IMG/VR virus record: IMGVR_UViG_3300035492_000217 | Origin: a virus | Reading direction: 5' to 3' (one strand) | DNA length: 64,000 nt | Shown here: piece by piece, positions 35,769 through 45,050 of the stretch | How positions within the stretch are numbered: position 1 is the first letter of the stretch | Layout: each line of letters starts with the position of its first letter | The notes under the pieces: generated by a model | Told to the model about the DNA's origin: nothing | Databases searched by the model: none | What the model saw: the letters and a program-made list of their open reading frames with translations, nothing else | Program-made: the position numbers and the translations under genes

Positions 35769-36032
35769 CTATTCAGCGGCCTCTCGCTCTTCGTCCGTGA
35801 GGCAGTCCTCGCAGACGCTTTGGTCGTCGATCTGGTGGATGGTGTGCACCTCCATCCACCAGTCACAGCGGCAGCAGCGTTCGTACTCGGCCTCCGCCAT
35901 CACCTCGTCGATGTGATGCTGCTCCAGGCCTTCCACCTGGTTGAACGCCCTACGCTCGCCGTTGCCACAGTTGGCGATGAGGTCGATCCACTCGGCGCGC
36001 TCCGCGTCGGCCATTTGGAGAAGGGGGTTCAT
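35769..36032 (-). CDS. small Cys-rich (putative zinc-binding) protein
   Basis: 87 aa with CCRCDWW...CEDC. ATGA overlap with the upstream gene. Confidence 0.55.
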   Translation of the reverse strand: MNPLLQMADAERAEWIDLIANCGNGERRAFNQVEGLEQHHIDEVMAEAEYERCCRCDWWMEVHTIHQIDDQSVCEDCLTDEEREAAE

Positions 36033-36637
36033 ACCTCCACCTCGGCGTTGTGCCGGTCGATCTCGGCCACCCAGGCGCGCTCGGTGATTTCCTCGAAGCC
36101 TTCAGGGATGACGGCCGGCTTCGCCTCCTTGTCGGTGCGGGTGTTGAACGGCAGGCTGCAGACCAGCACGTTGCCTTTCAGCAGGTGGCACAAGGCGAAG
36201 CTGATCCGGTTGCCTTCCCATACGCCGTCCGGCAAGCCCATACGCTTGGTGAACACGGTGTCGACGTCACGGCGACCGAAGATGCACTGCTCTCCCTGCA
36301 GTTCAGGCGGAAGTGGCGGGGCGTCAGCGAACTGTTTCCTCAGCTCGGCGGAGCGCTTGTGCCGGCCGTGGAAGGTGTATTGGAAGTAGTAGCGGCCCTC
36401 GTGGTAGATCCGCTCGCCGCCTTTGAACCCTTCGATAGCCGGACCTTGGCGGTCCCACTCAGACTCGGACAGCTTGCAGAAGAAATGCGGCACGCCGAAC
36501 TCTTGCATGCCGATCTCGTCGAAGCCCCACTCGCGCGCCAGGGCGATGAAGAACCGGTAGCGTGCGGCAGCCATTTCCCCCAGCGACCGGAAGGTAGAAA
36601 CCGGCAGAGCTTCAGTGGTTTTCAGGTAGTAGCGCAT
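36029..36637 (-). CDS. hypothetical protein (202 aa)
   Basis: ORF track. Protein-like composition and translationally coupled on both sides. No motif recognised. Confidence 0.7.
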   Translation of the reverse strand: MRYYLKTTEALPVSTFRSLGEMAAARYRFFIALAREWGFDEIGMQEFGVPHFFCKLSESEWDRQGPAIEGFKGGERIYHEGRYYFQYTFHGRHKRSAELRKQFADAPPLPPELQGEQCIFGRRDVDTVFTKRMGLPDGVWEGNRISFALCHLLKGNVLVCSLPFNTRTDKEAKPAVIPEGFEEITERAWVAEIDRHNAEVEV

Positions 36638-36909
36638 CAGGCTGCCTCCACCGCATAGATCGTCACGCCATCGGCAGACGCTGCTTTGCAGATTCTCTCT
36701 AGCATCCTCAGATCCTCTCTTGAGCAGTCGTCGATGACGATGGTGGTCATCCCATCTGCTGCCAGCCGGCGCAACGCTCTTTCGGCGCCAAGCAGGTTGT
36801 AGCCCCGCAGGATTCCCTGGGTGCCTTTGTCGCCCGCGTTCCGCAGGATCTCTTGCAGCTTGGTCGTCTTCCCGGACATCGCCGGGCCGCGGATGATTTC
36901 GAGCTTCAT
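36637..36909 (-). CDS. mini P-loop NTPase (90 aa), thymidine-kinase-like Walker A
   Basis: Walker A GPAMSGKTT and Walker B-like TIVIDDC. It is too short for a complete kinase. Confidence 0.65.
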   Translation of the reverse strand: MKLEIIRGPAMSGKTTKLQEILRNAGDKGTQGILRGYNLLGAERALRRLAADGMTTIVIDDCSREDLRMLERICKAASADGVTIYAVEAA

Positions 36910-37052
36910 ACGGTGAGTTCCTTGATCGCTTGGCGAATGGAGAGCCGGAGACGCAGGGTCTTGAGGCAGAGGCGCGGGGTGTACTCAGCTTCGGTGCGGA
37001 GAAGCTGCTCTAGCGTGGTGCCCATTCCAGTCGGTTTGTGGACTGCTTTCAT
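36906..37052 (-). CDS. small hypothetical protein (48 aa)
   Basis: Hand translation gives MKAVHKPTGMGTTLEQLLRTEAEYTPRLCLKTLRLRLSIRQAIKELTV. ATGA overlaps at both ends. Confidence 0.4.
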   Translation of the reverse strand: MKAVHKPTGMGTTLEQLLRTEAEYTPRLCLKTLRLRLSIRQAIKELTV

Positions 37053-38083
37053 ACCGCCACCTCCTTCGCCAACTCGCTGAACAGGTCAGCCAGGTCAGTG
37101 CCGTCCAGCTCGCGGCTGATGCGGGTGCGCAGATCCTCGACAACCGGCTTCTCAGCCTCGTCGTCGACCACGTTCACGCCGGCTACCGAGACGCTGTTGC
37201 GAACTGCCAATGCGTCCGGGGCGTTCTCCCACACCATCTGCATGAAGTCGGCGACAGCGACGGCCTCGTCGGCAGCGCCGATAACGTCGATGAACTGCAC
37301 GCCGCTTAGGTCCGGCAGCTCTTGCCCGAACATGACTGACGCGAATCGCTCGTCCTTGGACCAGATTCGAGTTTTGGTGAGATCAATGCTGTCGTCGGTG
37401 ATCTCCAGCTGGTAGGAGAACTTGTCGCTGATGTCGGCGAAGCTGGTGGCGTGGGTGTTGCCCAGGATCACCACGCGGCCGTCGAAGTAGGTGGATGGCT
37501 TGTGCTCGTGGCCGATGAAGATGTAGTCGAACGACTCCAGCATCAGGTTGGCTACCGCCGGCGACAGGTTGAGGGTGTCGTCCTCGGTGGCGAAGGGTTG
37601 GTCGTAGTTGCAATGCAGCATCAGGACGCTGGCTCGGCCGGCGCGCTCACGGGCTGCATGCTCAGCGGCTTCCCGCATTGCTTGCTCGAACAGCTCCTGA
37701 CTGGCGTGGTGCGGGACGAAGTAGAGTGGCTCGAAGTTGTCGAAATAGGGCTCCGACAGGCTGGGCGATGAGATAATCGAGCAGCCCATTTCCCGGAGCG
37801 CGCGGAGGCTGGTCACTGTGTCAGCCCGGTTGGTCTCGTCGTGGTTGCCGGCCAGCGTCCACATGCAGTTGCTGGCGATCTCGTAACCCTGAACCAGGAT
37901 CGATTCGTCGTTGAAGGCCCGATCGAACAGGTCGCCCAGGCAGATCGACTTCTCCGCGCCCTCAATGACGTCCCACGCCTGCTTGAACAGGGCGAGGGTC
38001 AAGCGCTTGGAGGACTCGCGGGTGGTATGCGCTGCCCGGCGGGTGCCGAGATGGGGGTCGGTGAAGAGGGTGAAGGTCGTCAT
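37049..38083 (-). CDS. SbcD/Mre11-like metallophosphoesterase nuclease
   Basis: Calcineurin-like motifs: TDPHLG, GDLFD, GNHD, LMLHCN and GHEH. Confidence 0.9.
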   Translation of the reverse strand: MTTFTLFTDPHLGTRRAAHTTRESSKRLTLALFKQAWDVIEGAEKSICLGDLFDRAFNDESILVQGYEIASNCMWTLAGNHDETNRADTVTSLRALREMGCSIISSPSLSEPYFDNFEPLYFVPHHASQELFEQAMREAAEHAARERAGRASVLMLHCNYDQPFATEDDTLNLSPAVANLMLESFDYIFIGHEHKPSTYFDGRVVILGNTHATSFADISDKFSYQLEITDDSIDLTKTRIWSKDERFASVMFGQELPDLSGVQFIDVIGAADEAVAVADFMQMVWENAPDALAVRNSVSVAGVNVVDDEAEKPVVEDLRTRISRELDGTDLADLFSELAKEVAV

Positions 38084-38092
38084 AACAGGCTT

Positions 38093-38105
38093 CCTGTAAT
38101 TACGG
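38093..38105. promoter_or_regulatory. Palindromic motif copy (CCTGTAATTACGG)
   Basis: Lies 9 nt upstream of the SbcD-like ATG. On the gene strand, ACAGGAAG serves as the SD. Confidence 0.5.
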
Positions 38106-38174
38106 CACTAAGAGCCCAGCCCGCCGCTTGCGCGGCGAGGAGGGTGATAGCGAAGTGGCGAAGGGCGCGGCGGG

Positions 38175-38324
38175 TCACAGCGCTACCCGAAGAGCCAAGA
38201 TGAACCCAAGGGTGGCGCCGTAGCCGAATAGGAGGCCGACTGAGGCCACCAACACTGCCTTTCCGACTGCTGAGCCAATTCCGTCAGCAAGACTGCGCAG
38301 GCCTCGTTTCATGCTCGGGCTCAT
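38175..38324 (-). CDS. small membrane protein (49 aa)
   Basis: MSPSMKRGLRSLADGIGSAVGKAVLVASVGLLFGYGATLGFILALRVAL. ATGA overlap with the ligase stop. Confidence 0.45.
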   Translation of the reverse strand: MSPSMKRGLRSLADGIGSAVGKAVLVASVGLLFGYGATLGFILALRVAL

Positions 38325-39496
38325 ACGTCTTCCCTCCAGCGCAGGGCCACCGGCAGCAGCGGGATGCCGTCCTTGCTGTGGCCGAAGTGCTGGTAGGTCA
38401 GTGGGCGGCCCATGTAGGTGTGGCGCATCTCCCACTGGGCGTGCTTCTGCTGGGCATTGCCGTGGGCAGTGGCCTTGAACGTCCGGCCGCATGGCATCTG
38501 CAAGGTCCAGACCGGCACCTCGAACTCGCCGTTGGGGGTGCCGCGCTCCACCGCGATGACGATGGCCTCGGCGTCGGAGAAGTCCTTGACCTTGAGCAGG
38601 GATGCGCTGCGCTTGTCGGTCTCGTAGCCGGCGAGGCCGTGACGGAGGATGGAGCCCTCGAAGCCCGCTTCTAGCCAGAGGGTATGCAGGTCGTTTAGCT
38701 GGCTGCGATCCATGACTCGGAGTGTTGGTACCGATTTCAGCGGCTCAGCGGAACTGCAGTATTCGCTAATCAGCCAGCTGTCGCCCAGTAGGTCGCACAG
38801 CAGCGTAGAGCGGCGCCCGTACGGGTCAGGCATCACCACGTCATAGACGTGATACTGCAGTTTCAGCGACTCCTCGCGCGGCTTCTTGACCAACGACCCG
38901 ATGTCCTGCAGCAGCATGCCGTGGATGTACAGCTCGCCGTCCAGGTGCAGGTTCTGAAGGCCGGCAGCGTGAATCGCCTCGACGATGTGCGGCAGGTTGA
39001 TGACCTTGCCGTTGCGGCTGTAGAGCACGCCTCCTTTGAACAAGCAGCGGTGGCCGTCCAGCTTGGGCTGCGCGAAGGCGTTCTCCCAGTCGATGGACTC
39101 CGGCTTCACCTTGTCGATCGGATGAGCCAGCATCGGCTTTTCCAGGCCCAGGGCGTTGGTGGCCGGCGCGCTCGCTTCCTCGAGTGTGCGGACGTAGCCC
39201 TTGTCGAGCTGCTTGTTGACGCGGCTGTCCAGCTCCATCACGGCCTGCTGGGCCGGGGTGGTCTGGTTGGCGCGGCCGATGTTCTTGGCCTCGACCGGCA
39301 CTTCCTTGGTAACGGCTGCTCCGCCGACGACCTTGGTGTGCGAGATGACGAGCTTGGCCACTTCATACCCTGCGCAGGCTGGCTCTCCGGCTGGGAATTC
39401 CATGTCCTCGACTGCCTGAATCTTCCAGTCCCCGGTCTTTCCGCCGTGGTTCTTGAAGAGCGTGACTTCCTTCAATACTTTCATGTTGTGCCCCAT
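38321..39496 (-). CDS. ATP-dependent DNA ligase
   Basis: Motif I KLDGHR, motif III LDGELY, motif IV EGSILR, motif V LLKVK. An alternative start lies at 39484. Confidence 0.9.
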   Translation of the reverse strand: MGHNMKVLKEVTLFKNHGGKTGDWKIQAVEDMEFPAGEPACAGYEVAKLVISHTKVVGGAAVTKEVPVEAKNIGRANQTTPAQQAVMELDSRVNKQLDKGYVRTLEEASAPATNALGLEKPMLAHPIDKVKPESIDWENAFAQPKLDGHRCLFKGGVLYSRNGKVINLPHIVEAIHAAGLQNLHLDGELYIHGMLLQDIGSLVKKPREESLKLQYHVYDVVMPDPYGRRSTLLCDLLGDSWLISEYCSSAEPLKSVPTLRVMDRSQLNDLHTLWLEAGFEGSILRHGLAGYETDKRSASLLKVKDFSDAEAIVIAVERGTPNGEFEVPVWTLQMPCGRTFKATAHGNAQQKHAQWEMRHTYMGRPLTYQHFGHSKDGIPLLPVALRWREDV

Positions 39497-39508
39497 GAAT
39501 ATGGATTG

Positions 39509-39529
39509 CCGTATTTACAGCAATACAGG
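39509..39529. promoter_or_regulatory. Palindromic motif, double copy (CCGTATTTACAGCAATACAGG)
   Basis: Lies in the gap upstream of the ligase gene and overlaps the stop codon of 39515-40048. Confidence 0.55.
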
Positions 39530-40048
39530 TTGTCGTGCAAGAGTAGTGGCCATCGAGGGCAGTGCGAAGTAGTCCGCCAGTCCTCTACTGACGACGTCCG
39601 CGTTCAGCTTTATGCCGTGGCCTGCATTCTCGATGGAGGCTAGCAGGTAGCTCTTGCTGATCCGCTCCTCCTGCACCACTGCGGCGCCGTCCCAGACCTG
39701 AATCACGCCGCGCTCCGCGTCGTAGAACAGGACCAGGTAGGGGAGCTTGAGCAGCTCTCGGTAGAACGAGATGGCGCCGCGCTGGGCCGGCTGCATCGCC
39801 TGCTTGGTCAGCGTCGAGTTCTTCTCGCTGGCCTTCACCTCGCAGAAGAACAGCCGCTGGCCGGCCAGCGGTGAGCGGGCACCCGCCGGCAAGGCCAGCA
39901 GGTAGTCACTCGGCTGTGCAGCCACGATGGACCCGCCGGCGGCGCCGGTGTCGGCCAGGCGGTGCCAGCCCAGAAGGTGGCTCTCGCGCAGGGCGCGGAA
40001 CACCTTCTGGATCTCCTTCTCGAAGATCTTGCCTATGTCGGTGGACAT
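39515..40048 (-). CDS. PD-(D/E)XK nuclease, RecU/Holliday-junction-resolvase-like
   Basis: A D ... E-V-K arrangement (SDYLL ... FFCEVKAS) in a 177-aa protein within the recombination/replication module. Confidence 0.55.
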   Translation of the reverse strand: MSTDIGKIFEKEIQKVFRALRESHLLGWHRLADTGAAGGSIVAAQPSDYLLALPAGARSPLAGQRLFFCEVKASEKNSTLTKQAMQPAQRGAISFYRELLKLPYLVLFYDAERGVIQVWDGAAVVQEERISKSYLLASIENAGHGIKLNADVVSRGLADYFALPSMATTLARQPVLL

Positions 40049-40386
40049 CAGGCCTTCTCCTGAACGACCAGGCGTTCGCCGAAGAACACCACCTTCTCTG
40101 CGTCGTAGAGGCCGTCGGTGTAGTGCCGCTTGGACCGACCTTGGCGTGCTGCAGCGCGGCGCCAGAGGGCCTTGAATGCGTTACCCTCAGCGAAGTTCAT
40201 ATCCAGGGCTTCGATGATGTCGTTGCATTCTGCAGTGTAAGGCTCGCGTCCAGGGGTGGTCGGATTCCTGACCTCCGCGCTGTAGTAGCTGACACTGCCG
40301 CCGGTGTACTCGCAGTTGAGTACCTCATCCGGCTCAGGGCGGGGGATCGGCCGCGGGATGCGGACGTTCGGGTTGTCGGCTGTCAT
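40048..40386 (-). CDS. DUF3310-like phage protein
   Basis: The pattern GGSVSYY...ECNDIIEAL...EGNAFKALWR resembles the DUF3310 family as I remember it. Confidence 0.55.
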   Translation of the reverse strand: MTADNPNVRIPRPIPRPEPDEVLNCEYTGGSVSYYSAEVRNPTTPGREPYTAECNDIIEALDMNFAEGNAFKALWRRAAARQGRSKRHYTDGLYDAEKVVFFGERLVVQEKA

Positions 40387-41090
40387 CGCACCATCTCCAA
40401 GCCCAGCTGCAGATCCGGACTCAGGTTGTCCATGTTCTCCAGCGCCCAGCGGACGTACGACTTAGGCAGATTGCACAGCTTCACGCCCTTGTGTTTGCCA
40501 TAGGGCATTTCCATCGACGTCGTCGCCCACGGCTCTCGCATCCATGCGATGAACTCGCTGAGCGAGCTGCAGTTGGCCTTTTCGATCGACGGCTGGATCA
40601 GATCCAGCGTCATCACGATGTCGGCGAAGGCATCGTGGGCATTCTCAGCCTTCCGACCGGTGAGCACCTCGTAGGCAGTGCCAAGGTTGGCCTTCGGTAA
40701 GAGACCTGCGTTCTTGAAGCGGCGGGTGGCCACCATCAGGTCGATCGACGGGAACTCGGCAAGGCCGCAGCGACGGGCCAGCTTGTCGTCGAAAGCGGCG
40801 CTGTTGTAGCCGAGCACAGCCTGGATGGCGGTGTCGTTGACCAGCTCGAACTGTTCAGCCAGGTAGCTCTCCCAGTGCGGCTTATCTTCGACGTGGTGGT
40901 CGTAGATGCCATGCACCCCACTGGCGCCGGCAGGGATAGGTTCGCCCGGGTGGAGCAGCTGTACATCCTTTTCCAGGATGCTGTAGCGGCCGTCCTCGTG
41001 AAGCGTGGCGAAGCACAGGGCCGCTTGCACGACCCCGCACTTGGCTGTGTTCACCCCGGTGGTTTCATAGTCGTGGGCGAAGACCAGCAT
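40383..41090 (-). CDS. DEDDh 3'-5' exonuclease (DnaQ-like)
   Basis: Exo I FAHDYETTG, Exo II NSAAFDDKL, Exo III HDAFADIVM. ATG at 41090. Confidence 0.8.
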   Translation of the reverse strand: MLVFAHDYETTGVNTAKCGVVQAALCFATLHEDGRYSILEKDVQLLHPGEPIPAGASGVHGIYDHHVEDKPHWESYLAEQFELVNDTAIQAVLGYNSAAFDDKLARRCGLAEFPSIDLMVATRRFKNAGLLPKANLGTAYEVLTGRKAENAHDAFADIVMTLDLIQPSIEKANCSSLSEFIAWMREPWATTSMEMPYGKHKGVKLCNLPKSYVRWALENMDNLSPDLQLGLEMVR

Positions 41091-41368
41091 TAGCGAGCCA
41101 CCTTCTTGTGAGCCTGCAGGGCGCGATCGGCCTCGCCCTGGCGGGTGAAGTACCGCTTCCACAGGTCAGGCCAGTCCTTCTTCAGCGCCTCAGATCGACG
41201 ATGCAGCGCGCCCTGCGCTGCGGACGCCAGCTTGAGGTTGGCACGGGCCTGGGCCAGCTCCTGCTCGAGGGCGTGAACCCTCTCAAGGGCCTCGGTTAGC
41301 CGAAGGTGGTCTTTGGCCAGTCCCGGCCCCCTGATATCCCTCAAGCGGCTTGCGATTTGCTTGATCAT
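41090..41368 (-). CDS. small coiled-coil protein (92 aa)
   Basis: The ATG at 41368 overlaps the polymerase stop (ATGA). Only the distal part of track ORF 41090-41881 is accepted. Confidence 0.55.
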   Translation of the reverse strand: MIKQIASRLRDIRGPGLAKDHLRLTEALERVHALEQELAQARANLKLASAAQGALHRRSEALKKDWPDLWKRYFTRQGEADRALQAHKKVAR

Positions 41369-44300
41369 GCAGCCTCCTTCTCTTCCAACTCTGCGCCGCG
41401 GATCTCGGCCCAGATTTCTTTGGCTTCTTCGAGGCTGCGCTCCACGGCCTCCATGATTTTCTCGTCGCCTGGGTAGCGGCCGAGCTCGTGAACATCGCCC
41501 CAGGTCGGCCCGATGCTGAACTCCGGACACTGCGGAACGGCATGGCCTGGCGGTGTCGCGCTGCTCATGATCTCGTTCATCTCGCGGCAGTATTCGGCGA
41601 CGTCGTCCTTGTGGACGAAGGCGACCGTCTCGTCGTAGATCGGCGCGAAGAAGACCATGTCCAGGCGGTCGAGCAGACCGCGCTCGACGATCTTGGTCAG
41701 GACGATGCGCAGCATCTCTGCTGCCGTGCCCTGGATCGTCGCGTTGGTGCCCTGGCGGTGCTGGCGGCTGACCTTGCCGTGGTCCTTGGCGAAGATGTCC
41801 TCGGTGGCGTGGCGCTTGGTGCCGAAGGCAGTCAGCGTGAAGCCGTTCTTCTCCATGAACCGCGCGGTTTCCTCTTGCCACTGCGGGATTCGGGCGTACA
41901 GCGTCATCGCGCCATCCAGCAGTTCCTTCGCCTCATCGATCGGGACGATCAGGTTGCGGGAGAGGGTGGCCGGGCCAGCGCCGTAGGCCAGACCGAAGTT
42001 GACGCCCTTGGCCGACTTGCGGATGCCAGAGGCCAGCTTGTTCAGCGGGTGATCATCGAGGCTGCGAGCCTCGTTGAAGGTGCTGAACGCACTGAGGGTG
42101 GCCAGATCGTCCTTGTCGTCACCGGGTTTGGTGGACTTCAGCTTGGCGATACCGGAGCCGGTTACGCTGTGCAGGTCCTTCTCGTCAGCCGGGTCGTAGG
42201 CATCGATCATCACCGGATCGCCCGACTCGCAAGCCAGCAGGCGCAGCTCCTGACCGTTGTAGTCGATGGCCACCACGACGTGGTCAGGCGACGGCGGCAC
42301 GAACATGCTGCGCATCGACTTGTCCTTCTTCGACACCTGCAGCACGTTCGGCGCGGAGCCGGTCGGGCGGCGGGTGTCGGTGCCGGCGTCGGTGAACGAC
42401 GGGTGCAGCTTGCCGTCTCGGTGTTTCCACAGCGGGTACTTGTCGTGGTACAGGCTAATGCGGGTGCTGGCCGACTTGACCTTCAGCAGGGCGCGCAGCG
42501 CGTTGTGCTGCCAGCTGCCGGCCTCGATGTCGTTGGCGATCGCCGTCTCGATGGCAGTCTCGTCCGTGGACGGGCCAGCCTCGGTGATGCCGACCATCAG
42601 CCGGCCCTTGCCGGCGGCCTTGCCGCGCAGGCGAACCGGGACGCCGATCTTGCAGTAGAGCAGCTGCTGCATCTGAACTGGCGAGCCGGTGTTCAGCTCG
42701 TCGCCGACCTTGATCACCTTTGCCTCGACGCCGGCCAGACGCTGCACGACCTCGCCCAACTGGTCGAATGCCTTGCGGGCCTGCTCGGCAGACTTGGCGG
42801 CTTTCTCGTCGCTGTTATGGTCCTCTGCTTTGGTTTCCAGCAGCTTCAGCTTCAGGGCGCCGCGCTCCATGGCCTTGACCAGCGCCGACAGGAACTCAGC
42901 CTGGCGAGGGTCCGCCGGCATGTCAGCCCCGGCGCCGTCCAGGCCACACTGCTCCAGGTACTCGGAGAGGCCGGAAGCTGTGACCTTGGTGACCTCTGGT
43001 AAGCCGATCGCCAACGCCGCTGCGGAGAGCTGTTTGGCAGTCAGCGCGAACGCCGGCATCACCCGCTCCTCGCGGTACGGGACGTACTGGCACGCCTGCT
43101 CCTGCTTCAGCTGCCACTCGTACAGCTTCTGCTTGGCCACCTCGGTGTCGCCGTCGGCCTTCTTCTTGGCAGACCGGTAGATGAAGTCCTTCTCGGCTTC
43201 GATGAACGACTTGCAGCCCTCGGTGATGTTGCCAGTGACGTTCTCCTGCAGGATGGCGCGCAGCTCTGCCATACCTTCGTCGACCTGCTTCAGGTCGCGC
43301 TCATGCAGGCGCTTCTGCAGCGGCCAGTTGATGTCCACGCCCTTGATGTAGGCATGCTGCAGGACGACGGTCGGGTTGACCGCCCAACTCTGGTAGAACT
43401 CCCATTGCTCGTCGAGCTGCAGCAGGAGCTTCAGCAGGTCGTACAGCGAGCCGGTGACCTGGGCGTCGTCGGCGCCATAGCTGAACACCTCGTCCAGGGT
43501 CAGCTCGCTCATGTTGGCTGCGCCCTTGCCGCCGTTGCCTGCGGCCAAGGTTTCCTCGTAGCTCGCCTGCTCGTAGTTCAGGTAGTTGAGCGACAGCGAC
43601 TTGAGGCCGGCTTCCATGTTCTCGTTGACATACCGCTGCATCAGCCGGGTGTCGTGGACGTTCTTGAGCTGCAAGTTCAGGTTGGTCTGGCTGACCACGC
43701 CTTCGAAGTTGGCGTTGTGCGCAACCAACTGGGTGTGGGCAGCGGCGTGTTCGAGGATCTCGGCGATGACCGCCTTCGGGAGGTTCGGGCTGTCCTTGTG
43801 GTCGACCGGGATGTAGATCACGTTCTCCAGGTGCCGGCCGAACTGGAACGAGGCACCTGTCAGCTCCTGGCTGAGCACGTCAACGAACTTGTCGCCCTGA
43901 GTGGAAGCCTGGGCGAACTCTGGGATCGGGTCCTTGTTGGACGACTCGTAGTCGAAGGTGGTGACGTCGCCGGCCTCGATCTCGGCCAGAATTGCAGTGC
44001 GCATCTCCGGCCAGTTGAGGCTAGTGATCTGGATCTGGCTTGGCATTACCGAGGCGAAGACGGTGTCCCACAAGTCCTCGGCGCCGACGGCTTTCAGCAG
44101 ACCGAACAGCTGCTGGGCGTTCGGGATGCGCTTGTGGATCAGCGGGGTGATCAGCTTCTTGGCCCGCGGTTTCCAGCACAGTTCGGGGTGCAGGTTGGCC
44201 AGGCGCCACATGGTGCGCCACTCGCCGAACTGCTCGCGCAGCTTGATCAGGGTCTTGTCGCCAGTGGCCTCGATGACCTGGTCCAGCAGCTCGGTGCGGC

Positions 44301-44988
44301 CGGAGTCGACGATGTCGCGCAGCTCCTCGACGCCATCCGCGCCGTAGTTCTCCAGCAGCGCTGCGAACTTGGCCTCGCCGAGGCCTTTGACGCCGCCGTA
44401 GTTGTCGCTGGAGTCGCCCAGGATCGACTTGGCGATGCTGGTGAGCTTGTACGGGATGCCCTTGTGCTCGCCGTCGCCGAAGTGTGGCTCGTTCTTCAGG
44501 TAGACGATGGTGGAGTCATTGCACAGCTGCAGCAGGTCGGCGTCGACCGTGTAGACCGCCTTCGGGTAGGTGATGCGCTGACACAGCCAGGCAATAACGT
44601 CGTCCGCCTCTACGCCCTTGACGCCGATCTGGGTGGCGCCCAGCGCCGCAAAGAACTTCTTGGCCCAGTCGAACAGCTTGTTGCACTGCTCGGTCTCGAT
44701 CGGGCTCTTGACGACGTTGGCGCGTTGCGCCTTGTATTCCGGGAACAACGCTGTCCGGTAGTCGCGCCCCATGTCCTGAGCGACGATCAGCGTACGAGGG
44801 CTGCCGCCTTGCTGAATGATTGGCTCGACGTAGCGGCTGAGCAGGCCCTGCGCCGCACACTCCCAGGTGGCGAACCGGCGGCCCGTCTCTTCGCAGAAAA
44901 TGGCCTCGGGGTCTGACGCCCCGTAGTAGGCGTGCTTCACCACTGCTCGGAAGTCGAGAATGGCGTAGGAGGTAAGGTCTTCTTTCAT
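41365..44988 (-). CDS. family A DNA polymerase with N-terminal 5'-3' exonuclease and 3'-5' exonuclease domains
   Basis: Exo motifs FDYES, HNANFE and YGADDA. Pol motif A DYNGQELR, motif B RKSAKGVNFGLAYG, motif C region IYDE. ATG at 44988 after GAGGAG. Confidence 0.95.
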   Translation of the reverse strand: MKEDLTSYAILDFRAVVKHAYYGASDPEAIFCEETGRRFATWECAAQGLLSRYVEPIIQQGGSPRTLIVAQDMGRDYRTALFPEYKAQRANVVKSPIETEQCNKLFDWAKKFFAALGATQIGVKGVEADDVIAWLCQRITYPKAVYTVDADLLQLCNDSTIVYLKNEPHFGDGEHKGIPYKLTSIAKSILGDSSDNYGGVKGLGEAKFAALLENYGADGVEELRDIVDSGRTELLDQVIEATGDKTLIKLREQFGEWRTMWRLANLHPELCWKPRAKKLITPLIHKRIPNAQQLFGLLKAVGAEDLWDTVFASVMPSQIQITSLNWPEMRTAILAEIEAGDVTTFDYESSNKDPIPEFAQASTQGDKFVDVLSQELTGASFQFGRHLENVIYIPVDHKDSPNLPKAVIAEILEHAAAHTQLVAHNANFEGVVSQTNLNLQLKNVHDTRLMQRYVNENMEAGLKSLSLNYLNYEQASYEETLAAGNGGKGAANMSELTLDEVFSYGADDAQVTGSLYDLLKLLLQLDEQWEFYQSWAVNPTVVLQHAYIKGVDINWPLQKRLHERDLKQVDEGMAELRAILQENVTGNITEGCKSFIEAEKDFIYRSAKKKADGDTEVAKQKLYEWQLKQEQACQYVPYREERVMPAFALTAKQLSAAALAIGLPEVTKVTASGLSEYLEQCGLDGAGADMPADPRQAEFLSALVKAMERGALKLKLLETKAEDHNSDEKAAKSAEQARKAFDQLGEVVQRLAGVEAKVIKVGDELNTGSPVQMQQLLYCKIGVPVRLRGKAAGKGRLMVGITEAGPSTDETAIETAIANDIEAGSWQHNALRALLKVKSASTRISLYHDKYPLWKHRDGKLHPSFTDAGTDTRRPTGSAPNVLQVSKKDKSMRSMFVPPSPDHVVVAIDYNGQELRLLACESGDPVMIDAYDPADEKDLHSVTGSGIAKLKSTKPGDDKDDLATLSAFSTFNEARSLDDHPLNKLASGIRKSAKGVNFGLAYGAGPATLSRNLIVPIDEAKELLDGAMTLYARIPQWQEETARFMEKNGFTLTAFGTKRHATEDIFAKDHGKVSRQHRQGTNATIQGTAAEMLRIVLTKIVERGLLDRLDMVFFAPIYDETVAFVHKDDVAEYCREMNEIMSSATPPGHAVPQCPEFSIGPTWGDVHELGRYPGDEKIMEAVERSLEEAKEIWAEIRGAELEEKEAA

Positions 44989-44997
44989 TCGTGAACT

Positions 44998-45034
44998 CCT
45001 CAAATACAGGCGATTCCCGGCCCGTAATTACAGG
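44998..45034. promoter_or_regulatory. Two palindromic motif copies (CCTCAAATACAGG, CCGTAATTACAGG)
   Basis: Lie in the gap between the RNR alpha stop and the polymerase start. The proximal copy overlaps the polymerase SD. Confidence 0.55.
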
Positions 45035-45050
45035 TTAAGGTGCGTTGAAA

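Noticed and set aside
41369-41881. Upstream Arg-rich extension of track ORF 41090-41881
   Set aside because: It lies in an alternative frame of the polymerase 3' end. Only the distal 92 codons, starting at the ATG that overlaps the polymerase stop, were accepted.
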